A stretch of DNA of 32,000 nt, taken from positions 380,324-412,323 of the forward strand of contig DIHO01000019.1 of the NCBI GenBank assembly GCA_002420185.1, read 5' to 3'. The notes under the pieces were generated by a model. It had not been told where the DNA came from. It was given only the letters and a program-made list of their open reading frames with translations, and ran no database searches. Shown piece after piece: positions 10,101-16,853 of the stretch. The DNA comes from Opitutales bacterium UBA5694. Lineage in GTDB: Bacteria; Verrucomicrobiota; Verrucomicrobiia; Opitutales; Opitutaceae. Position 1 is the stretch's first letter. Each line of letters opens with the position of its first letter. Position numbers and translations under genes: made by a program.

Positions 10101-11975
10101 GAACCGACCTCCATGTCGACGGAGCTCGGAGACGCAAATCCGATGTGGCGTCTAAATTTTGACAGGGTAAGCAAGGTAACTGATGCGAAGATTTGGAATC
10201 GTCCCTCCGCGGGCGTAACCCCAAATCCAAATGATATGTTCATACGACGGCTTAAAAATTTTAAAGTGTCTTTAAAGTTGGATGGCGAGACCGTTTGGGA
10301 AAAATTGTTTCTCCACAAGAAAAGTGATAGTCCCCCATATCCTTACCATGAGGTGGAGTTTGATGACGGAGTGATGGCCGACTGTTTCGAAATAACCATA
10401 ACCGATGTAAACGAAAACAATGAAAAGATCCTCTCTCTTTCTGAGGTCGAAGTTTTTGCTATTTCTGAAAATAAAAATGTCAAATTCGGTGAAGATCTAT
10501 CTCAATATGTAAGGGAAGTCTCTAGTCATGAGTTACTTGCAGACGGAAGAGTCGTTTTATCGAGTTCTAGCATAGAAGCGAAATCATTCGCAAGTTACAC
10601 TAGCAAAGGGGGCGAAGAAGAAAGAATTCTTTCGAAATTTTTAAAAGCTTACGATTCACAAAACTGGACCCTTTGTGTACGGTATTTTTCACAACTTGGC
10701 CTAAATCGGGAAAATTCTGAAGTGGTCCGTAAAGCTATTATCTGCTATAGGAGCTTAGGTTCGTTCGAGGATTCCCAAAAGCTCCTAGCTAATTACTTAA
10801 GTAGTAGTTCACCAGATTATAAATTCATCGTGAATGAATTGTGTAACTTAGATCAATTTGGTTTGGACGTTGGGAGCCTTGTTACAAAGGTGTTATCTAC
10901 GGAGTCGTTTTACCAAGATAAATTAGCGTGCAAAAGCATGAGCCTATTTTTGGTTTCTAGCGACAAATACCAGCTAAGCCAGAGATTACACGATTGGTTG
11001 GAGGATGAATACAACAGAAGAGATTCATACGCTACATTGAGGCCTTCCGAGAATTATGATCTGGAAAACGGAATTACAATTGAAGGCTGGTTTAGATATG
11101 ATGCGCGTGGTTTTTACAGTTGGGCCCCTCGACTTATCAACAAATTCGGCCAAGGAGGCTCCGATGGGTACTGCCTGACTGTTGCTGGCTCCGGAAAAGT
11201 GCTTTTTGAGCTCAATAACAGCAGCACGGGTGAAGCAGCCTACCATTCTGTCGATTCACCCGAATCTGGACAGTGGTTTCATTTAGCAGCAACTTGGGAT
11301 ATACAAACTAAACAAATGCGTATGTACATCGACGGTGTCGAGAAAGGTGATCCATTAGAGTTTCAAGGTCCGATTGGCCTTACAAGCGTACCTCTCGGTT
11401 TCGCAACAAACAATCTAAGAGCGACCCGCATAGATGCCTCATATTCCGAAATAAGGATCTGGAATTACGCAAGAAGTAGTGAACAAATTAGAGAAAATAA
11501 AAACAAGCGGTTAGATGCTGAGCTAGACGGACTTGCTTTTTACGGATCTTTTTCTGATGAAAACGAGATCAGAAAGTTGCCGTGGAGTAAAATTGTGAAT
11601 CCATCAATTCAATCCACCAAGCAGCTCCCTTTCGGAAGTGAAACAGATTATCTCGCTCTTACCGAATCCAATAGTTTTACGGAGAACTTATGGTTGGATT
11701 TGATTCTCGCAGAAAGCTACTTTCAGCGAGATGAAATGAGCGAAGCATTAAACATTCTGACAGCTTCAGATTTTAGATTTAGCAGCCGAGTTTACAATCC
11801 AGCTAGATTAGGGTTAATATCTAAATATCTTACTTTCATAGACGACGGAAATGAGGTATTCCGGGAAAGGATGAGCAGCTTGTTGCAGCAGGGCATAACT
11901 GAAATGAACAAACCCTCCGAAGGGATGCTCCCGTCTTGGGTACCACAAGTGAGAAAGTTAATACAGCCTTTTTAA
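7101..11975 (+). CDS. Transmembrane STAND NTPase (nSTAND-type P-loop) with a beta-propeller-like, discoidin-like, helical-repeat and LamG C-terminal region
   Basis: The N-terminus is NPFPGLRPFYFDDSYLFFGRD...FLAVVGTSGSGKSSLVRAGLLPEL (Walker A). It also has LLIVVDQFEEIF (Walker B), ITMRSDF, LPILQHALMRTW and ISHESLMRVW, the signature of the nSTAND/WD40-associated NTPase family. A coiled coil spans aa ~465-508. A TM helix VLSAGLALAGIASLVFLAFAI (aa 509-529) is preceded by KRSAKRLR. Degenerate WD40-like repeats cover aa ~600-960. A discoidin/F5-8-C-like region covers aa ~975-1122 (MWRLNF...KVSLKLDGETVWE...LSLSEVEVFA). A LamG domain covers aa ~1315-1465 (ITIEGWFRY...GQWFHLAATWD...MRMYIDGVE...IRIWNYARS). 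Confidence 0.85.
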   Translation: MNKEDSQNPFPGLRPFYFDDSYLFFGRDAQITELASRLRKNKFLAVVGTSGSGKSSLVRAGLLPELLSGTMVSAGSLWETAIMRPGGDPITNLAESIVQADLYDPEEEEIVSQVRATLTRSGLGLIEAIRQCDIEEGSNLLIVVDQFEEIFRFRGSDDASDEQAAFFVNLLLEATEQSELPIYVIITMRSDFLGDCSRFPRLANSVNEGEFLIPRLNRDQRKEAIEGPIRVAGGEVSQPLLNRLLNDIGDDPDQLPILQHALMRTWGYWAKHSDRDSIDLDDYRATGGMTEALSRHANEVYAALPSDGHRKIAEKVFKNLTEKIDQGRGIRRPMPFGELLEIVQCAEEDLRLVVNEFRAAGRTFLMPAPTRKIDLSTVIDISHESLMRVWTRLKDWVDDESQSARIYRRLADTAQLFEEGKAGYYRDPDLQIAMSWKEEAQPNHLWADRYYEGFDRAMQFLDKSYEVTRQEEIDKENARIRELESAKALAAEQEKRAAIEKRSAKRLRVLSAGLALAGIASLVFLAFAINSKNEVSNKINELASRSFLRGQELEKSKDGLKALPWYLDAVDLSKGNESLNAKYLNALSNKLSSNFILEKGINVKDVSELIISEDGKLLVINTNAGLFGAENKVHVYSWPDLREVCELKIDGVIFKTKISPDGGHIFSCSNIESKVWSVSADSKTVFQKPYFGSFSFNPKNEGGYHLFGSSEGLSRIERDFSQESVVHSRRVASTAISPNGNHYISIEELDRETTGSVPSAVFRRRLFRSGGVPSKIVSFSIKNDSFEQDFESEFEGFISQIIFPDDSPEGIAFFSASQSSKRFTQVNFSIGEVSNAALLDFGGVDPGELQIKSGGDKVLVASSVGSLQILEKQPTGWELVQNFPLSENSPSDISSNGLDVLTSNSNGSIQLLSAISGDQFADSLYGKVAIKDAIFGPSDDKVIVALENGEVKVFSIPIGKVRVTGTPYQSSVSGGRGPWLAVDGIVQSTRSPRTRSSDDFEPTSMSTELGDANPMWRLNFDRVSKVTDAKIWNRPSAGVTPNPNDMFIRRLKNFKVSLKLDGETVWEKLFLHKKSDSPPYPYHEVEFDDGVMADCFEITITDVNENNEKILSLSEVEVFAISENKNVKFGEDLSQYVREVSSHELLADGRVVLSSSSIEAKSFASYTSKGGEEERILSKFLKAYDSQNWTLCVRYFSQLGLNRENSEVVRKAIICYRSLGSFEDSQKLLANYLSSSSPDYKFIVNELCNLDQFGLDVGSLVTKVLSTESFYQDKLACKSMSLFLVSSDKYQLSQRLHDWLEDEYNRRDSYATLRPSENYDLENGITIEGWFRYDARGFYSWAPRLINKFGQGGSDGYCLTVAGSGKVLFELNNSSTGEAAYHSVDSPESGQWFHLAATWDIQTKQMRMYIDGVEKGDPLEFQGPIGLTSVPLGFATNNLRATRIDASYSEIRIWNYARSSEQIRENKNKRLDAELDGLAFYGSFSDENEIRKLPWSKIVNPSIQSTKQLPFGSETDYLALTESNSFTENLWLDLILAESYFQRDEMSEALNILTASDFRFSSRVYNPARLGLISKYLTFIDDGNEVFRERMSSLLQQGITEMNKPSEGMLPSWVPQVRKLIQPF
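7242..7265 (+). other. Walker A / P-loop (GTSGSGKS) of the STAND NTPase
   Basis: aa 48-55 of the 7101..11975 ORF. Walker B hhhhDQFEE is at aa 140-149 (nt 7518-7547). Confidence 0.85.
8625..8687 (+). other. Single predicted transmembrane helix inside the STAND protein
   Basis: 21 uninterrupted hydrophobic/small residues (VLSAGLALAGIASLVFLAFAI) with a basic cluster (KRSAKRLR) on the N-terminal side. By the positive-inside rule the NTPase sits in the cytoplasm and the ~1090-aa C-terminal region sits outside. Confidence 0.6.
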
Positions 11976-12005
11976 TCATTTTTTTGGAATAAAATGAAAA
12001 TCACG

Positions 12006-12020
12006 GGCCTATCTTAGGCC
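12006..12020 (+). other. Intercistronic stem-loop (GGCCTA-tct-TAGGCC)
   Basis: Perfect 6-bp inverted repeat with a 3-nt loop, between the STAND stop (11975) and the next start (12028). No U-tract follows, so it is not a canonical terminator. Confidence 0.35.
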
Positions 12021-12027
12021 AGTAAAT

Positions 12028-13716
12028 ATGGGTTCATCTCCAGTTAGATTTGCGATAGTTTCTTTAGGTTTATTGGCCCTTTACCTTGGTTGGATCGGTG
12101 CTAACAGCTTATCGGCAGATGATTCCTTCTTAGATTCTTTGTATAAAGCAGTGAAGTTATTCGTGCTTGAGGATTCAGGTATGTTTCGACTCGAGCATCC
12201 CGTAACCCTCGAAATTGCCCGTTGGTTGGCCCCTATGACAACGATTTCTAGCATTTTTGCCGCTGCTAGCACTTATCTTAGGCAGTTATCGGATTTCATC
12301 AGGCTCGTGTTCTGTAGTGATCATACTATAGTCCTTGGAGCTAGTGCCGAGGCCTTGCACCTAATTGCAGACTTAAGTGCATCCAAGACTGGGAAAATCG
12401 TTGTGATTGAAAAAAACGCGAACGCTCCGAACCTGCAGGAATTAAAAAAGTATCGGTCTCTCGTAATCATAGGAGATTTCGAATCTAGGGCTAACTTAGA
12501 AAAAGCAAGAGTATATAAAGCAAAATCTGTAATTAGCCTCACTAGCAAAAACGAAAAAAATCTTTCTGTTATACTGCGGGCAAGTCAGCTGATTCCTGAT
12601 CAAAGGTTCGATAATCCGGTAAAGTTTTATCTGCCAATAAAAGGCTTTTTTCACACAGAATCTCTACAGAGCAGTGGAATTTGTGATTATCCAAGTGCAA
12701 GGAAGAAAAAAATCATAGTAGTCAACCTAGTTAGAAATCGTGCTCGATGTTTATTCTCAAAACATCCAATCGAGCTTGATCGATTAGGAAAAGTAAAGGA
12801 GCCAATTGTCATTTTTGATACCTACAATGATCTCGTTCAGGCTTTTATAGTACATACTGCTGAGGTTGGTCATTACCCTAATAACGTTAAGGCAACTATT
12901 TATATCGTAAGTCCTGACGCCGAAATAAAAGTTGAGAAATTAGCCTATCATTTTCCAGCCGTGAGAGATTGTGTTAATCTTCAAAGCGTGTCGCTCAAAA
13001 GCGGTGACGATGCGGTAGACACTATCGCGGAACTAATCGAGAGCAAGCAGGGCAATTACAATAAATCAGTATTCTTAATGGAATCTTCGCCTCCGTCAGA
13101 AATGATCGAGGCAATAAGAATCAAGGAGAAAATCACGATCGATGCCTCAGTCACATTTGTGATACCTGAGTTAGATAATGGATTACTACCAAAGGGCATC
13201 GATTGTATAAAGAGTGTTGAGACTTTAAAGGATAGCTTGAGCGGTGCAGCAGTCTTTATGGCTTCTTTAGAAGATTCGGCGAAAAAACTGCACGAGGCAT
13301 GGTATAATCAAAATGACATGCTAATTAAGGCCGCAGAGACCGAGGGTATGGTTGATAAGGCTTCAGCACTGAAAAGCAAACCAGCGTTTCTGCCCTGGGA
13401 GGACCTTAGTGATGAACAGAGGAAGCCAAGCATTTCTCTAGCTGATCATGCAGAGATAAAGAGGCGATTCATTATGTCCGCAATGGGAAAGAAAGAAGGT
13501 AGCTCCATCGACGCTAAGTTGATAGATGAAAGCGTGATGGATGCACTTTGCCGGATGGAGCACAACAGATGGATGTCAACCTTAAGGATGATGGGATGGA
13601 ATTATGGCTCGAAACGGAATGACGATAAGAAAATACACAACAATTTGGTCCCATATGACGAGCTTGATGCCGATGCGAAATCCTTCGACAAGACTATGAT
13701 CGAAAATTTGCATTAG
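12028..13716 (+). CDS. Membrane protein with a 2-TM channel-like core, a TrkA-N (RCK-type Rossmann) domain and C-terminal RyR-domain repeats
   Basis: TM1 is FAIVSLGLLALYLGWIGA. A pore-helix-like segment DSLYKAVKLFVLEDSG follows, with no TVGYG filter. TM2 is LEIARWLAPMTTISSIFAAA. The Rossmann region is HTIVLGASAEALHLIADL...KIVVIEKN...LVIIGDFES...AKSVISLT. Two C-terminal RyR-like repeats are present (KKLHEAWYNQ...PWEDLSDEQRKPSISLADH and CRMEHNRWMSTLRMMGWNYG...HNNLVPYDELDADAKSFDK). Confidence 0.75.
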   Translation: MGSSPVRFAIVSLGLLALYLGWIGANSLSADDSFLDSLYKAVKLFVLEDSGMFRLEHPVTLEIARWLAPMTTISSIFAAASTYLRQLSDFIRLVFCSDHTIVLGASAEALHLIADLSASKTGKIVVIEKNANAPNLQELKKYRSLVIIGDFESRANLEKARVYKAKSVISLTSKNEKNLSVILRASQLIPDQRFDNPVKFYLPIKGFFHTESLQSSGICDYPSARKKKIIVVNLVRNRARCLFSKHPIELDRLGKVKEPIVIFDTYNDLVQAFIVHTAEVGHYPNNVKATIYIVSPDAEIKVEKLAYHFPAVRDCVNLQSVSLKSGDDAVDTIAELIESKQGNYNKSVFLMESSPPSEMIEAIRIKEKITIDASVTFVIPELDNGLLPKGIDCIKSVETLKDSLSGAAVFMASLEDSAKKLHEAWYNQNDMLIKAAETEGMVDKASALKSKPAFLPWEDLSDEQRKPSISLADHAEIKRRFIMSAMGKKEGSSIDAKLIDESVMDALCRMEHNRWMSTLRMMGWNYGSKRNDDKKIHNNLVPYDELDADAKSFDKTMIENLH

Positions 13717-14170
13717 AAAATTGAGTCACTTGGTGCTTTTTGGCCGTCGAAAAGTTTAAAGAGTTAAAAAGTATATAGGTACTAGGAGTGTGACTTAGGG
13801 TTTAGCAGTGGATCAGTGTGAGACCTTAAAAAATGGATACAAGAAAGCAAACAGAGCTTCAGTTAAGGGTACATCCCGTTTATCTACGTAAATAGAATAA
13901 GTTGGGTGCTTGGCACTCCAACTGGTTTTAACTTTGCATAGCCCGGGGGAGGATATAATCGAATAACTATTAGAGCGATAGAGCTTTTGCGTCGTAACGT
14001 TAATCGAGCCGAGATCATAGAATCACTTTTGAAGGCAATCTGGGCGATTTCAATGCGATTACTGATGTACCGGTAGTAGCGGTAGGGCATTGTGCGATCT
14101 TGCCGACTGGTCTCGACTATAGACCCTTTCGCATTCTTACTAAGGAAGGTGTCATGCTGTGACAAGGGAT

Positions 14171-15595
14171 TTAAGCCCAAACGCTATGAAACCGTGCCAT
14201 GGATGCATCTCGAATTAAAGCCTGGCCAAAGGCAAACGCTCCCGGTGTTGTGACCATCAGTTGTGGGCAGATGATCATGTAAGCCTTTTCACTGGGATAG
14301 AAGAAGCCTTGTGTCAGTGCATAGCCGCCCCAGTGACTCATGTCTTGATGGTCACTGACCTGATAACCGCAGAGTGAATTTTGATCTGCGTGGGAGGTCG
14401 CCCAGCCGAAATGAAATGACTTGGGAAAAGGGCTGTGTTGGCCAGCTACTCCAAACGCCTTTGCCAATGGGGTATCTAGTCTCAGATCTTGGAAGCGACC
14501 TTTGCATAGCGTGTGCACGCCCTGCGGACTGATAAGCCGCTGACCGCTTTCCGTGATCCCTCCTCGCAAAAGCATATCATAAAACTTTGAGTAGTCGGAG
14601 GCGGTCATGAGTGATCCTGTGTCTCCTGTTTCGAAGCTCCTTGGCCCGCGGTAGTGGGCCGTCTGGTTGGTCAAACGGAAAGGGCCTTCCGGATAACAAT
14701 CTTTCTCTTCTGCAACCATGGTCTTCGTACCATCGGTGGAAAGCTTCGCTCCATAAAGGGTGGGGATCCGATCGATTCTCGGATCACCGTCACCGAGGAA
14801 AAAGGCTGCATCGTTCATTTCTAGTGGATCAAACAGAAGTTCAGACATGATTTCAGAAAACTTTTGAGGCTTTCCCCGAGACGTCTCATACAGTACTTCG
14901 ATCAAGCGGCTGAGAACGGTTGCACCATGACCGTAAGAAAACTCTCCCGGTTCGCAGGTGAGAACTCCTGCCTCGCCGATCGTGTTGACGAATTGCTCCA
15001 AGGTTAAATCTGCGCCCAAAATGTTGGTGCTTCGATAAACGTCTGGATGAATTTTCTGTCGAAGGCCACTAGCGATCAGCCCTGATTTTCGATCACATAG
15101 TCCACCACCCAAAAAAGAATCGTATTCCCCAAAAAGGTCATACTCAATGCCAGCTGATTCACTCATCAAGTGCTTGATCTGCATTTTTTCGGAGGTCGTT
15201 TTCCGATCGAATTTCAGATCAAGCTTCTCTCCGGTTAAGAAGCTGGAGTATTTCAAGGATTCGGGTCCATCGTCAGATTCAACAACGACTTCCCAGTCAC
15301 GATCGAATGAAGGAATGTATTGGCCAACCTCATCCTCAAAGTCAAACAGGCCTTCCTCGTACAGCCGTAATGCGACGAAGCTCGTCAGCACTTTGGTCAT
15401 ACTGAACATGCGAAACATCGCATCGCAGGACATGGGTTTGTTGGTTGCTAGATCGCTTACGCCAAAAGCTTTGTGATAGGTGTCGTTTCCGCATTTCGCA
15501 AAAACCACCAGCCCGGGCACTGACAGCCGTTCATCGCAAAGAAGATCAGAGAAGTGCACATCCAACAGAGATTCATAATCAGGTTTAAATTTCAT
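14171..15595 (-). CDS. Serine hydrolase, beta-lactamase/esterase (class C-like) family
   Basis: 474-aa ORF with the S-x-x-K nucleophile motif (FSMTKV) in the expected N-terminal context (FRMFSMTKVLTSFVALRLYEEG). Length and overall pattern fit the transpeptidase-fold esterase/PBP4-like family. Confidence 0.75.
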   Translation of the reverse strand: MKFKPDYESLLDVHFSDLLCDERLSVPGLVVFAKCGNDTYHKAFGVSDLATNKPMSCDAMFRMFSMTKVLTSFVALRLYEEGLFDFEDEVGQYIPSFDRDWEVVVESDDGPESLKYSSFLTGEKLDLKFDRKTTSEKMQIKHLMSESAGIEYDLFGEYDSFLGGGLCDRKSGLIASGLRQKIHPDVYRSTNILGADLTLEQFVNTIGEAGVLTCEPGEFSYGHGATVLSRLIEVLYETSRGKPQKFSEIMSELLFDPLEMNDAAFFLGDGDPRIDRIPTLYGAKLSTDGTKTMVAEEKDCYPEGPFRLTNQTAHYRGPRSFETGDTGSLMTASDYSKFYDMLLRGGITESGQRLISPQGVHTLCKGRFQDLRLDTPLAKAFGVAGQHSPFPKSFHFGWATSHADQNSLCGYQVSDHQDMSHWGGYALTQGFFYPSEKAYMIICPQLMVTTPGAFAFGQALIRDASMARFHSVWA

Positions 15596-15725
15596 GTTTC
15601 GACTAATTTAGACGTAGGTGGATCAGACGGGCAGTGTCAGTACGCCTCGCTGAGAGAATTTGTAATCCTTTGAATAGATTTCGTCTACTGCTACGCTTTC
15701 CGGAACTGATGCTAGGAAGTTGAAT

Positions 15726-16106
15726 TTAGTGCTTTTGGTACTTGTCGGAGGGTGGCGACGTCAATTGGTCATGGCAAGTGGCAAAACGAGCCGTTGGACT
15801 GGAACGATGATTCCTCGTTCGCCTACCCATCTCACAAAGTTGTGCATAAAGCGTGGATGTGCGTAAGGCAGCCTTGCTGCAGCACGCTTCCCCCTTGTAG
15901 TCGGCGTTCCATGACATATGGTACCGTGGCCTGCCGGCCTTGATGTACTTGTTGACGTTGAGGACGTAGTCACCGTGAAGCCAGTCTCCTTCAAAATTGT
16001 ACCTAGGGCCATATAATCTAGCAGACGACTCGCCATCGTCTTCCTCCGAGCCATGGGAGAGGTCCAAGTCTTCAATGAGGGTGAGCATTAGCTCATCGTC
16101 TTTCAA
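15726..16106 (-). CDS. Hypothetical protein (weak call)
   Basis: 126-aa ORF with an acidic N-terminus and no recognisable motif. It is preferred over the overlapping 15761..16075 frame only because its composition looks more protein-like. Confidence 0.3.
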   Translation of the reverse strand: MKDDELMLTLIEDLDLSHGSEEDDGESSARLYGPRYNFEGDWLHGDYVLNVNKYIKAGRPRYHMSWNADYKGEACCSKAALRTSTLYAQLCEMGRRTRNHRSSPTARFATCHDQLTSPPSDKYQKH

Positions 16107-16430
16107 CTCTTTCGAGGTTTTTGAGCAGCAGACTGATAGAAAGGAAAAAAGCAGTGCAGCGTATAAACCGTGTGAGATTTAAGCGGGGTCAAGGTGAATT
16201 TAGCAAGGCAAATTCTAAAACTAAGTTTGCCCAAAATGGCATAAACTGAGGCAAAATTGAAGTATTTTGGCTACTTTTGGGCTAAATGCCCCTTTTGGTA
16301 GAGATGAAAGTGGCTCATGGTGTGCCAAGAGGGTAATCTCTGATCGCAAAAGGGAGAATATTTTTAAAAAACGGAGGACAACGCTTGAATTGAACATTCA
16401 GCAATTAGGGGTGTCAGTGTCCGCTTAAGC

Positions 16431-16853
16431 ATGCAAAGAAATTCCTTCTCTCGGTCGGTCTCTGTAATAATTGTTACCGTTCTCATTTATCAGTCTGCGA
16501 TTGTAGCTCCGGCGGTCAACATAGCTCTCCCAATTGATGCAGCCGCAAGAATGTTGAGGTTCATTTGGCCCATTTTCTTTGCCCTTATTGGTCTGCTCGG
16601 GCTGGTAAATGCGATATTATCAAAAAAACACAAAGCAGCTGCTGCGGTAAATTTAGCCACGGTGTTTTCTATGGCGACCTGCTACGTGTTAGTTCCGGTA
16701 ATAAATGAGGCGAGAGACAGTGGAAATCTAGATGCCTGGAAAGCACTACATGCGGTTACAGTAGCCCTGACTTTTTTGTCTTTGGTTCTGCAACTTGGAT
16801 ATACTTTAAGATGGTACAAATCAGCTCCGGAGCGGGAAAAAAGATCGGTATAG
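16431..16853 (+). CDS. Small integral membrane protein (about four TM helices, DUF4149/TMEM205-like)
   Basis: 140 aa with four hydrophobic spans (VSVIIVTVLIYQSAIVAPAV, FIWPIFFALIGLLGLVNAIL, AAAAVNLATVFSMATCYVLVPVI, LHAVTVALTFLSLVLQLGY). Confidence 0.6.
   Translation: MQRNSFSRSVSVIIVTVLIYQSAIVAPAVNIALPIDAAARMLRFIWPIFFALIGLLGLVNAILSKKHKAAAAVNLATVFSMATCYVLVPVINEARDSGNLDAWKALHAVTVALTFLSLVLQLGYTLRWYKSAPEREKRSV

Noticed and set aside
8492-10318. Long antisense ORFs inside the STAND gene (8492-8995, 167 aa; 9854-10318, 154 aa). The same applies to those inside the 916-aa sulfatase gene (18218-18616 and 19290-19679).
   Set aside because: They lie fully inside strongly supported CDSs on the opposite strand. 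They have low-complexity or Arg/Ser/Pro-rich composition and no motifs, and are typical shadow ORFs.
15761-16075. Alternative 104-aa minus-strand frame overlapping the 15726-16106 ORF, and the plus-strand ORFs 15752-15943 and 15997-16182.
   Set aside because: They have Thr/Ser/Arg-rich low-complexity translations. Only one frame can be real, and even the chosen one is low confidence.
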